A DNA stretch of 50,725 nucleotides from Chthonomonadaceae bacterium (GCA_035650735.1 DASRGZ010000156.1:1-50725), one strand, 5' to 3'. Positions 18,084 to 27,307 are shown, numbered from the stretch's first letter. A program made the numbers and translations. Notes: generated by a model not told the origin, from the letters alone.

Positions 18084-19325
18084 ATGACCACTAAACCGGG
18101 CCACAGCGCCACCGTAGCGGAAGCCCCCCCGCCAGAGGGCGCCACCCCGCCGCTGCGCCTGAGCCAGACCGTCATCGCGCTCGGCTTCGTCAGCCTGTTC
18201 ACGGATATGTCGAGCGAGATGGCCTATCCGCAGGTGCCGATCTTTCTGCAATCGGTCCTCCACGCGCCCGCCTGGGTCGTCGGACTGACCGAGGGCCTGG
18301 CGGAGAGCACGGCCAGCCTGCTGCGTATCGTCTCCGGCTGGTTTTCCGACCGCTGGGGGCGCCGCAAGCCGCTGACGGTGCTCGGATACAGCTTCGGGGC
18401 CATCTCCAAGCCCCTGATGTCCCTGGCTACCATCTGGCCGGTCGTGCTGCTCCTGCGCGTGCTCGACCGGCTGGGCAAAGGGCTCCGAACTGCTCCCCGC
18501 GATGCCCTGATCGCCGAGACCACGCCGCAGGCCATCCGGGGCCGCGCCTTTGGCTTGCACCGTGCCATGGACACCACGGGCGCCATCCTCGGCCCGCTGC
18601 TCGGCTACCTCTTCCTCACCTATATCTCCCCCGGCAACCTGCGTCATCTGTTTCTCTTCGCGGGCCTGCCGGGCCTGCTGGCCATCCTCACGCTGCTGCT
18701 GGCCGTGCGCGAGCGTCCGACCGCCTCCGGGACCGCTGCGGCGACTCGCGAGGCACTGCGCCCTGCGCGGCCCCGCTGGCGCGATCTACAGCCTACCTAT
18801 CGGCGATTCCTCTGGGCCGTGCTGATCTTCAACCTGGGCAACTCCAGCGATGCCTTTCTCATCCTGCGGGCGCGCACGGTGGGCTTCGGAGCAAAGGAGG
18901 TTCTGCTGCTCTATGCGGCGTTCAACGTGGTGGAGGCGGCGCTGGGGTATGCGGCGGGGCGCTTCTCGGATCGTGTCGGGCGCCGGCCTCTGATCATTGC
19001 GGGCTACTTCGTGTTTGCGGGCGTCTACCTGGGCTTTGGGCTGGCCCACTCGAAGGCGGCGCTCTGGGCGCTCTTTCTCCTCTACGGCCTCTACTACACC
19101 CTCACTCAGGGCGTCCAGCGCGCCTTTGCCGCCGACCTGGCCGACCCGGCGCAGCGCGCCACGCAGATCGGCGCCTACCATACCGTCGTGGGCCTGGCGC
19201 TGCTCCCGGCCAGCCTGATCGCAGGCAGGCTCTTCGATTGGAACGTCTCCGCGCCCTTCTTCCTGGGGGCCGCGCTGGCGGCTACCGGTGCGCTCCTCTT
19301 GCTGCTCTATGCCCGCCCATCTTAG
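18084..19325 (+). CDS. MFS transporter
   Basis: GWFSDRWGRRKPL and AGRFSDRVGRRPL motif A copies; DRLGKGLRTAPRDAL; about 12 TM; GGAG before ATG 18084. Confidence 0.93.
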   Translation: MTTKPGHSATVAEAPPPEGATPPLRLSQTVIALGFVSLFTDMSSEMAYPQVPIFLQSVLHAPAWVVGLTEGLAESTASLLRIVSGWFSDRWGRRKPLTVLGYSFGAISKPLMSLATIWPVVLLLRVLDRLGKGLRTAPRDALIAETTPQAIRGRAFGLHRAMDTTGAILGPLLGYLFLTYISPGNLRHLFLFAGLPGLLAILTLLLAVRERPTASGTAAATREALRPARPRWRDLQPTYRRFLWAVLIFNLGNSSDAFLILRARTVGFGAKEVLLLYAAFNVVEAALGYAAGRFSDRVGRRPLIIAGYFVFAGVYLGFGLAHSKAALWALFLLYGLYYTLTQGVQRAFAADLADPAQRATQIGAYHTVVGLALLPASLIAGRLFDWNVSAPFFLGAALAATGALLLLLYARPS

Positions 19326-19354
19326 CGCCGGCCCTCATTCCTGGCCCTTTTAGA

Positions 19355-19690
19355 CCTAACCCCCCGTCCCCCACTGCTAGAGGGTGTTATGCCCTTTTTT
19401 GCCTGCTTCGAGAGAGGACTTGGAGGCTGATGACCGCTTGATGCTCGCTTTCTAGCGAGCATCAAGCCTCTAATGAGCGGCTGGCCTATCTCCTCAAGAG
19501 GACCCAAATGCATCACACGCTCTAGGGGCGGCGCTCAATGGTTCGGCCCACTGCCAGGGTCGGCGCTCAACGGACTGCCAGGGTCGGGGCTGCAACGGTT
19601 CGCCCCACTGCCAGGGTCGGCAAGGTTACGGCCCTTGCCTCCGCCTTGCGACAGCCCTCCGCTTAGCGACCCTACAAGGGAAGGGAGGGA
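19355..19690. repeat. Family A repeat containing tandem ACTGCCAGGGTCGG units
   Basis: Exact core at 19550-63, 19574-87 and 19607-20, plus an interrupted copy at 19373; bounded by CCTAACCCCCCGTCCCC and CCCTACAAGGGAAGGG. Confidence 0.8.
19381..19521. mobile_element. MITE-like 141-bp insertion with imperfect terminal inverted repeats and CTAG target duplication
   Basis: CTAG(19377-80)-AGGGTGTTATGC ... GCATCACACGCT-CTAG(19522-25); removal restores a tandem-repeat unit; internal perfect 14-bp hairpin 19436-19467. Confidence 0.7.
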
Positions 19691-19824
19691 CCCAACCTGA
19701 GATGGTTGCCGCCTTCACCCCCGGCTAGCTGGTTGTACACTGGGAAATCCCAGCCAAAACCAGAGGACGGAAAGGCGGCTCTTCCCTGGAAAGGACGGCT
19801 GTAAAATTAACCTCAGCGTCCCTA

Positions 19825-20871
19825 TCATGCCTCAGGTTCTCCCGACAGCCGTTCTGCAGTCAACGCCTCTTGTTCGGCGCTGAAGAGCGGGCTTTCCACC
19901 AGCTTGCACAGCATCTCGACATTCGCTTCGGCGGCTTCGACCTGCTCCCGAAAACGCTCCTGCACGTAGGGATCCATCTGCTCGCTGCGATCTAACATCT
20001 GCCGCACGATGACGGCTTTCTGCTGCATGAGCCGAATAGCCTGCCAGAGTGCGTTCTCCAGCGCTTCGGCCTGGCATACCAGCAGATGCTGCATCGAATA
20101 GGTGTGGCCGACATGGCATTGAAACTGGACGAGGTCGTCCTCGTTCAGTTGCCAGAGCACGCCCCCGCAGTCTGGACAGGTATAGATCGAAGGCATGCCA
20201 TGACGCTGCCCGTGCGACTGTGCCGCCATATCTCCGGCAATGATGGTGTTCACTCTGTCTATCTCACTCGCCATGCTACTTTCCTCCGGGCGGGTAGAAG
20301 GCATTGGCTCCTTTACTAACCGGCAGAGCAGGCTTCCCATCTCGGTCACCGGGCGGATATAATCAACGCCGACGCTCTTGATTGCGCTGTGTGGCATGGA
20401 GGGAAACAGCGCCTCTTGCGGGTCCTGACAGACAGTAATGCCCCCGTGCCGTTTGATGCTCATCATGCCAATCGTGCCGTCGTCCAGCGCTCCCGACAAC
20501 AGCACGCCGATGACCCGGCCCTGAAAAGCACGCGCCGCGGACCGAAACAGCCGATCAATGGCCGGGCGGGTATGGTTCTCAAGCGCTCCTCGTGATAAGA
20601 CCACTCTGTCCTGTTCCAGCACCAGGTGATAGCCCGGCGGGGCGACATAGATCCTGCCTGGAACAATCGGCTCCCCATGAACGGCATGGGCGGCGGGTAA
20701 GGGGCCTGCCCGTTTCAGAATAGAGGGAAGGACGCTTTCACCATAGGGCGGAGTGTGGATCACCACAAAGACGGCGGCGGGAAGATTTGCAGGTAGGCTG
20801 CCGACCAGAACCTTCAGCGCTTCGATACTCCCTGCGGAACCGCCGATTACAAGAATGTCACGCCGTGCCAT
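19825..20871 (-). CDS. cheB: CheB-type methylesterase without receiver domain, with C-terminal CxxC/CHxGH domain
   Basis: IGGSAGS, VIH, RPAIDRLFRSAA, LSGALDDG catalytic motifs; tail TCPDCGG..FQCHVGH. Confidence 0.85.
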   Translation of the reverse strand: MARRDILVIGGSAGSIEALKVLVGSLPANLPAAVFVVIHTPPYGESVLPSILKRAGPLPAAHAVHGEPIVPGRIYVAPPGYHLVLEQDRVVLSRGALENHTRPAIDRLFRSAARAFQGRVIGVLLSGALDDGTIGMMSIKRHGGITVCQDPQEALFPSMPHSAIKSVGVDYIRPVTEMGSLLCRLVKEPMPSTRPEESSMASEIDRVNTIIAGDMAAQSHGQRHGMPSIYTCPDCGGVLWQLNEDDLVQFQCHVGHTYSMQHLLVCQAEALENALWQAIRLMQQKAVIVRQMLDRSEQMDPYVQERFREQVEAAEANVEMLCKLVESPLFSAEQEALTAERLSGEPEA

Positions 20872-21102
20872 GTTCCTCCTTTATGGAAGCGGCACAATGG
20901 CCACTGCTGCGGCATCTCTCAATCGCAATGTGTTTGTCGGGCAACGATTGTCAATCCTGCTATGGACGTTAGGGAAGCCGACCGGGTTCTCATAGCTGAG
21001 GTGGATAATTGTTTCCCACTTTGGTTGCAGTTGCAGGGATCATGGCGCTTGGGTGTGAATAGCAGAATAGACCGTGCCGGTAACGCAGGAGGGAGAGATG
21101 TC

Positions 21103-21603
21103 ATGCCAGACAAAACCATGTTAGCCCGTCGGCTGCGCGAAGCCTATCAGGAGAGCCGCGAGCACAGCTTTCTGGCCAGCCTTGAGGGGGTCACCGAGCG
21201 CATGGCCCAATGGAAACCGGAGCGATACCGGGGCTTCCCCCACATGGACGGCTCGATCCTGACCATCGCCTTCCATGCGGCAGGGGATAAGCTGGTCCTG
21301 TCCAGCCTGGCCTTCGGGGACGGCTCGGTCGCCTGGCCCCAGGTGCAGGAGCGTTTCCAGGCTCTGGGCGGCAACCTGGCTGTGGTGCGTGGGCTGGCCG
21401 AGGAGGGACAGGCCGCTGCCCTGGCGGCCCTGGCAGGGCAGCGGGAAGAGGAGATGGAGGCGCTCTGCCCCTATTATGGAGGCCAGACTCGAACGGCATA
21501 CGACATTTTCCGTCTTATGGCGGAGCACGACCTCTATCATGCCGGACAGATCAACTACGTTAAGGGCTTGTACGAGGGAGAGAGAAGGGCCAGGCGAACA
21601 TAA
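21103..21603 (+). CDS. DinB family protein
   Basis: SILTIAFH..AEHDLYHAGQI His-triad four-helix motif; GGAGGGAG before ATG 21103. Confidence 0.85.
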   Translation: MPDKTMLARRLREAYQESREHSFLASLEGVTERMAQWKPERYRGFPHMDGSILTIAFHAAGDKLVLSSLAFGDGSVAWPQVQERFQALGGNLAVVRGLAEEGQAAALAALAGQREEEMEALCPYYGGQTRTAYDIFRLMAEHDLYHAGQINYVKGLYEGERRARRT

Positions 21604-21616
21604 GCCCTTCATCGAA

Positions 21617-21682
21617 AACACGGATAAGCAATCCTCCTTTCCCTTGATCCGTTTTATCCGTGGCATCCGTCCGATCCGTGTT
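21617..21682. repeat. Palindromic repeat, family B, between convergent genes
   Basis: AACACGGATAA...ATCCGTTTTATCCGTGGCATCCGTCCGATCCGTGTT; same motif as 11003-11095. Confidence 0.75.
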
Positions 21683-21686
21683 CCTC

Positions 21687-22283
21687 TCAGAAGGGCTCGT
21701 CCTGGCTTTGCTTTCCTCCCGAGAGTTTGATCAGATGCGCCCAGGCTTTTTTCAGGCGCTCGTCCATTTTATCTTGCGCCTCTAAGGTCTCTTGATCCGA
21801 ACCGGGCACCCACAGGAGCCGATCCGTGTATTTGCGGTCGGCGGCGCCGTCAATGGGGACTAACAGCGTCACTTCGACCCGGATTTTGCGCTCTCCATTG
21901 GTGGTGGCTAACGAAAGGAGCGGGGCCTCTTCGTCTCTTGCCCCAACCTGCTCCGGGTCCAGGTCGCTCAGCACCACTTCGATTTTCTCCACGAACCCCA
22001 CCATAAACTCCGAGGTAAACGTGTGGATGTATTTTAGCCGCTTGTTCACAAAAGTCAGGCTGTAACTGTCTCGGTTGCCAGGGCTTTCCTGCCATTTTCT
22101 GCGCGTGTACTTGAGAATGAAACGCTTTGTTTCCTCAAAGGTGGGCTCTTTTTCGGGCCCTGGCTTCTTAATTTGCGCCTGTCCCGGGACAGGCAGGGAC
22201 AGTGCCCGACCCACCTGGCAATCGGAAGATCCCAGTATTGTTGCAAGTGTAGCAATAGCCCTCAGATATGTCGCGATACGCAT
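21687..22283 (-). CDS. Hypothetical exported protein
   Basis: AGGAGG RBS before ATG 22283; N-terminal hydrophobic segment; no family recognised. Confidence 0.65.
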   Translation of the reverse strand: MRIATYLRAIATLATILGSSDCQVGRALSLPVPGQAQIKKPGPEKEPTFEETKRFILKYTRRKWQESPGNRDSYSLTFVNKRLKYIHTFTSEFMVGFVEKIEVVLSDLDPEQVGARDEEAPLLSLATTNGERKIRVEVTLLVPIDGAADRKYTDRLLWVPGSDQETLEAQDKMDERLKKAWAHLIKLSGGKQSQDEPF

Positions 22284-22419
22284 TCTTATCTCCTCCTGCA
22301 TCCTTCGTTGCTGATGACGCGCGCAGAAGGCCAAAGAGTTTGCTTGAGCGGAGAACCCGGAACGGAACCGCCCAACTTGTCACCGTTCCGTGGGGCGCTG
22401 CCTAAAAATTCTTGTCTGC

Positions 22420-22448
22420 TTGACAAATTGCATAGGTTGTGTTAATAT
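22420..22448 (+). promoter_or_regulatory. Sigma70-type promoter for the prepilin-like gene cluster
   Basis: TTGACA (22420-25), 17 nt, TAATAT (22443-48) with extended TG. Confidence 0.7.
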
Positions 22449-22482
22449 CCAGAGTATCCTCATAGCCAGAGTATCCTCATAG
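22449..22482 (+). repeat. Perfect 17-bp tandem direct repeat
   Basis: CCAGAGTATCCTCATAG twice, directly after the -10 box. Confidence 0.9.
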
Positions 22483-22817
22483 ATTGTATTGAGGCGGCAC
22501 TTAGGCGTCTGCGTCAATGTGACTCATTTGTTCTTGTGTTCTTGCCGATGCAGCGACCCGGCCATCGTAAGGAAGCAGAGTCCCAACCGGTACGCTCCGA
22601 CTTTTAACCTATATTTCATGACGAAAGGAGGGGCATTGCTCATCTCATTTTCTATCCTCTAACCATACGCCCGGTTGTTGTGCCAGGACTTGCCCGCCGT
22701 AAGATGCGGTTCTTCCGGCGTGGCAGAGCGTGAACCGCATTGCCCTGTTATCGTTTTCGTTTCATACCAGCCCCGCCTACGTCGCATAGACAGCGGGGAA
22801 AGCAGAGAGGAACTTGT

Positions 22818-23681
22818 ATGCGAACCAGAGCTACGTTGCGTGCGTTTACTTTGATCGAGTTGCTCGTCGTCATCGCCATTATCGCCATTCTTGCCGCGAT
22901 CCTCTTCCCGGTCTTCGCCCAGGCGCGTGAGTCGGCGCGTAAGATTTCCTGCCTGAGCAACACCAAGCAGATGGGCCTGGGAATTATGCAGTACGTCCAG
23001 GACTACGATGAGATGTATCCGTGCAACTCCTGGGACTGCCCGCCCCTCGGAACGACGGATACCGACTCCCACAACCCGAACTTCCCGGCGGCCATCAACT
23101 GGATGTTCAAGGTCCAGCCTTACGTCAAGAACCGCCAGATTCTGGTCTGTCCGTCCGACCCCGATCCCAAGAACGGCTGGTCCGGCTGGGACAATAACCC
23201 CAACCCGACCTGCGATGATGCCTGGGGCATCCCGACGCCCATCAGCTACGCCTCCAGCAGCGACCTGCTCGGCTACGGCGGCTACCAGAATAGCAACGGA
23301 TGCCTCGGCGATGGGTCCTTCATCCCGGACTGGGGCTTCGCGCCCAAGAGCATGGCCTCCGTGCCGACTCCGGCCAGCACCTATATGTTGGCCGACTATG
23401 GCCGGGAGACGATGGAGGAATACTGGGTCAACAACCTGAAGGCCGCCAACTACACGCGCGTCTATAATACTTCTGCGCCTGGTGGCGGCACGACAGCCGA
23501 TACTCAAGAGCCCTGGGCGAGTAACCGCAAGAACCCGTCCGTCTATCGCCATCAGATGGGCAGCAACATTACCTACGCCGATGGCCATTCCAAGTGGCGC
23601 AATGGCAATCAGATCACCAGCGGCGACGACTGGGAAGATGGCCGCCATGCGCCGGAAGGCATCCTCATCCGCGAGTACTGA
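22818..23681 (+). CDS. Prepilin-type N-terminal cleavage/methylation protein, DUF1559-like, with H-X9-DG motif
   Basis: [68 protein letters not shown]. Confidence 0.92.
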   Translation: MRTRATLRAFTLIELLVVIAIIAILAAILFPVFAQARESARKISCLSNTKQMGLGIMQYVQDYDEMYPCNSWDCPPLGTTDTDSHNPNFPAAINWMFKVQPYVKNRQILVCPSDPDPKNGWSGWDNNPNPTCDDAWGIPTPISYASSSDLLGYGGYQNSNGCLGDGSFIPDWGFAPKSMASVPTPASTYMLADYGRETMEEYWVNNLKAANYTRVYNTSAPGGGTTADTQEPWASNRKNPSVYRHQMGSNITYADGHSKWRNGNQITSGDDWEDGRHAPEGILIREY

Positions 23682-23867
23682 TGCGCCCTCCCGGTCTAGT
23701 TCCGGGTTCCTGGCCGTCCTCATAGGCTAATTTGCTGAGCGGAACGCAACCTTGCTGTCGCCCGATCTAGTATATACAGAGCACAGAAGTTGCGTTCCGC
23801 TCAACGCGAGAAAGCACGCGCCAACCAAATCGAGAGATGTGTGTCTTTTTGGCAGGAGGTACGCATC

Positions 23868-24101
23868 GTGAACCAGAATGTAAGCCCGAAAATGTTCATT
23901 GGCATCGTTGCTGCCGTCGTCCTCATTGCCGTTGCAGTGATGTGGTGGGTATGGCGGGCTCCCTCGGCGCCTGTCTCCCATGCCAGCCCGGAAGAGGTAA
24001 GGAAGGCGATGGCGACGATGCAGCACGGCCCCAATGCGGACGAGCTGAAGCAAATTCAAGAGTGGAAAAAAACCCACCCTGGAGCCACCACAAAGTATTG
24101 A
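23868..24101 (+). CDS. Small single-TM membrane protein (77 aa)
   Basis: GGAGGT RBS, GTG start; hydrophobic MFIGIVAAVVLIAVAVMWWVW followed by a polar tail. Confidence 0.75.
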   Translation: MNQNVSPKMFIGIVAAVVLIAVAVMWWVWRAPSAPVSHASPEEVRKAMATMQHGPNADELKQIQEWKKTHPGATTKY

Positions 24102-24249
24102 TCCGGAAGTATGGATCTCCGCATCAGAGCGCAGGGTCGCCTTGCCGTACCCACCGACCCTGCCCGCTCTGACCTCTGAACCACGGCCCCTATTTTAGCC
24201 GTGCATTCGTTTTTACTGCGCCCGCCCTGCGGGACGGGCGAGGGTTGAA

Positions 24250-25557
24250 ATGTCCGTTCCTTCTAAGAGCAAATTCGACGATCCCTCTACCCAATCCAGG
24301 CGCGCGACCGCTCTGCCGGCGCGCGCCTCTGCGTTTCGGCTGCTTCCCCTGCTGCTGGTCGGTCTGGTGCTGATCGGCACCGCCTGGGGCGTGCGCTCCA
24401 GCCGCTGGGTGCGTGAGACGGCTTTGCGCGGCAAAGACCTGCCGGACCTGGAAGCCGCCGTGCGCGCCCGCCCCGATGACGCCCTCGCACAGTACTATCT
24501 CGCCAAGCGCTACTATCTCGAACGCCGCTTCCCGGAGGCCCGCGACGCCTATACGGCGGCGGTGCGCCTCGACCCCTCCTCTGCCCGCGCCCACCTCGGC
24601 TTGGGCCTGACTCTGTTTGAGTTGGGGGACATGGGCCAGGCTCGGAGCGAGCTCGCGCAGGCGCTACAGCAGGATAGTCATCTGGCCTGGGCTGAATATA
24701 TGTTGGGCAAAATCGCCTGGCTGGAAAACAATCTGGCCGAAGCCGTGCCCCATGTCAAGCGCGCCACCCAGCTTGATCCGCGCAGTGATCAGGCGTGGTA
24801 CGGCCTGGGGATCTGCTATATTCAGCTGCGGCGCTACAACGAGGCGATGGATGCCATGCGGCAGGCGGTAGCGCGCAACGAGGCCAGTCCGCGCTACCAC
24901 ACGGCGCTGGGCGAGCTCCTGGTCTACCGCGGCAATGTAGACGAGGGCCGCAAGGAGTACGAGCGGGCGCTGCAATTGAACCCGGACTACGGCCCGGCCT
25001 GCGGCCTGATGGGCAGCCTCTACATGCATAAGATGCCGGGGCTCGACTCCCTGGACCGCGCCGAGGCGCTGCTGCTGAAGGCGACCCGCCTCGACACCTA
25101 TCATCCTCAGGATGTCTATTTTGACCTGGGCCAGCTCTATATCCAGAAGGGCCAGTTCAAAAAGGCGGTGGAGGCGTTGCAGCAGTCCATCCGGATAGAT
25201 CCCCGCGACGAGCGCCCCTACTATATCCTGGCCAAGGCGTACCGCCGGCTCGGCGATACCAAATCGGCGGACGCAACGGAGAAGCGCTTCCGGTTCATCA
25301 GCGAGCGGCACGTGCTCAAGGAGAGCCTGGAGGCCCGTCTCTCCCACGTCCCGGAGGATGCCGCAAACCGCCTGCGCCTGGCGCGCGTCTATCGCGACCT
25401 GGGCTTATCTGAACAGGCGGTGGAACAGTATGCCGTCTATCTGCGTCAGCATCCGGACGACGCAGTGCGCCGCGAATTCAATCAGTTGTTGCAGGAAGAG
25501 GCACAGTCCAGGGCGAACAGAAAGCAGCGTGATTTCGTTGCGCCGCATCTGCAATAA
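24250..25557 (+). CDS. Membrane-anchored tetratricopeptide repeat protein
   Basis: N-terminal TM; multiple 'A.Y.LG..Y...G....A...Y.RA..L.P' TPR units. Confidence 0.9.
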   Translation: MSVPSKSKFDDPSTQSRRATALPARASAFRLLPLLLVGLVLIGTAWGVRSSRWVRETALRGKDLPDLEAAVRARPDDALAQYYLAKRYYLERRFPEARDAYTAAVRLDPSSARAHLGLGLTLFELGDMGQARSELAQALQQDSHLAWAEYMLGKIAWLENNLAEAVPHVKRATQLDPRSDQAWYGLGICYIQLRRYNEAMDAMRQAVARNEASPRYHTALGELLVYRGNVDEGRKEYERALQLNPDYGPACGLMGSLYMHKMPGLDSLDRAEALLLKATRLDTYHPQDVYFDLGQLYIQKGQFKKAVEALQQSIRIDPRDERPYYILAKAYRRLGDTKSADATEKRFRFISERHVLKESLEARLSHVPEDAANRLRLARVYRDLGLSEQAVEQYAVYLRQHPDDAVRREFNQLLQEEAQSRANRKQRDFVAPHLQ

Positions 25558-25579
25558 CAGGGTTTCGTGGGAGGCTATC

Positions 25580-27307
25580 CTGAGTCCTAGCGTTCGTCCG
25601 CGTTTTTCATCGCTGCTCGTTATGCTGCTTGCATCCCTCCTGGCCGGCTGCCGCGCGGCCCAGGCTCCGTCTGCGGTGCGGACCACTCCCGCCAGTGCCT
25701 CCGCCGTCCCCGGCCTCTTTCGGGACGTGGCCCAGGAAGCGGGCCTGGATTACCGCTGGGGACACGGTGGGAAATCTCCCCTCAACATCTTAGAAACCCT
25801 CGGTCACGGCTGCGCCTTCCTCGACTATGACCAGGACGGCTTCCTCGATATTCTCCTGGTCGGCAACCGCCGCTGCGCCCTCTACCATAACCTGGGAAAC
25901 GGCCACTTCCAGGACGTGACCGCACGCTCCGGACTGACCCTCGAGGGCGGTCTGTTCGGCGTGGCCGTCGGCGACTACGATAACGACGGCTACCCGGATG
26001 TCTATGTTACGGGCTACGGCAAGTGCGCGCTCTACCATAACCGAGGGAAAGGCGGGGCGAGTGGGCCGGTGTTTGAGGACGTGACGAGGAAGGCCGGTTT
26101 GGGAGCGCGTGGGCCGTATGACGTGGTGACGGCGGCGGCGTTTGTGGATCTGGACGGAGACGGCAGGCTGGACCTGTTCGCGGGCCGCTATATCGTCTTC
26201 AAGCCCGATACTATCCGCTTCTGCAAGTACCAGGGCATTCTCGCCGGCTGCGGCGTCAAAAACTATACGCCCGACTTCCCACGAGTCTACCGTAACAACG
26301 GGGACGGCACTTTCCGGGACATGACCCAGGCGTGGGGCTTTGACAGCGCGCATGGGCGCTGCCTGGGCGTAGCCGTGCGCGCGGCGGACGGCGGGCGCGG
26401 CTCTCTCGTGTATGCCGCCAACGACGAGGAGCCGGGCGATCTGTTTGTGCCGAAAGGAGGCCGGTACGCCAATCTCGGCACCTCCAGCGGCACCGCCTTC
26501 AACCGCGACGGCCTGACGCAGGGCGGCATGGGCGTGGATTGGGGCGACTTCAACGATGACGGGCGTCCCGATCTGGCCGTCTCCACGTTCCAGGTCGAGC
26601 CCAACAGCCTCTATCGCAACGACGGTGGCGACATGTATACGGAGGTCGGCGCGACACTGGGCATCGCGGCCCCCACTTCCGCCTATGTGGCCTGGACGGC
26701 CAAGTTCTTCGACTACGATAACGACGGCTGGCCCGATCTCTTCTTCACCAACGGCCACTCCCAGGATAACGTCCACCAGGTGCAGCCCGATAAGAGCTAC
26801 GCGCAGCCGATGATGCTTTTTCACAACGAGCAGGGTCGCCTGTTTACCGAGGTGAGCGCGCAGGGCGGCCCGGCCTTCGCGCATCCCATCGTTGGGAGGG
26901 GCGCGGCTTTCGGGGATTACGATAACGATGGCCGGGTGGATATGCTGGTGGTAGACGAGGAGGGCCGGGCGCTGCTGCTGCACAACGAAGACCGATCCGC
27001 TAACCACTGGCTAGGCGTGCGCCTGATAGGCACTCAGAGCAACCGGGACGGCATTGGCGCGCGCGTCCAGGTCACCGCTGACGGCAAGACCTATACCCAG
27101 GATGCTCAGTTGGCGGGCGGCTACATCTCGGCTCACGACCCGCGCCTGCATTTCGGATTAGGCCAGGCCCGCCGCATCGAGCAGATCGTCGTGCGCTGGC
27201 CAAATGGCAAGACCGAGACGCTGCGGGAGGTGCCGCTAGACGCCTACGTTGAGATCACCGAGGGCAAGGGGCTGACACGACCCAGCCCACAGACAGCGAA
27301 AAAATAA
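25580..27307 (+). CDS. CRTAC1-family FG-GAP/VCBS beta-propeller with C-terminal ASPIC/UnbV domain; predicted lipoprotein
   Basis: Repeated DYDNDG..D motifs; SNRDGIGARV..LHFGLG..VRWPNG; LLAGC lipobox. Start placed at CTG 25580 (alternative ATG 25622). Confidence 0.88.
   Translation: MSPSVRPRFSSLLVMLLASLLAGCRAAQAPSAVRTTPASASAVPGLFRDVAQEAGLDYRWGHGGKSPLNILETLGHGCAFLDYDQDGFLDILLVGNRRCALYHNLGNGHFQDVTARSGLTLEGGLFGVAVGDYDNDGYPDVYVTGYGKCALYHNRGKGGASGPVFEDVTRKAGLGARGPYDVVTAAAFVDLDGDGRLDLFAGRYIVFKPDTIRFCKYQGILAGCGVKNYTPDFPRVYRNNGDGTFRDMTQAWGFDSAHGRCLGVAVRAADGGRGSLVYAANDEEPGDLFVPKGGRYANLGTSSGTAFNRDGLTQGGMGVDWGDFNDDGRPDLAVSTFQVEPNSLYRNDGGDMYTEVGATLGIAAPTSAYVAWTAKFFDYDNDGWPDLFFTNGHSQDNVHQVQPDKSYAQPMMLFHNEQGRLFTEVSAQGGPAFAHPIVGRGAAFGDYDNDGRVDMLVVDEEGRALLLHNEDRSANHWLGVRLIGTQSNRDGIGARVQVTADGKTYTQDAQLAGGYISAHDPRLHFGLGQARRIEQIVVRWPNGKTETLREVPLDAYVEITEGKGLTRPSPQTAKK

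Noticed and set aside
19550..19620. Possible mini CRISPR array
   Set aside because: The core is only 14 bp, gaps are 10-19 nt and related to each other, and no cas genes are present.
19473..19700. 75-aa ORF with PLPGS repeats
   Set aside because: It is a translation of the DNA repeat and MITE and starts inside the MITE.
20921..20954. TTGACA upstream of cheB on the minus strand
   Set aside because: No convincing -10 at 16-18 nt spacing.
22483..22817. Known riboswitch (e.g. c-di-GMP) in the pilin-like gene leader
   Set aside because: No consensus aptamer motif could be matched by eye; kept only as an unexplained leader.
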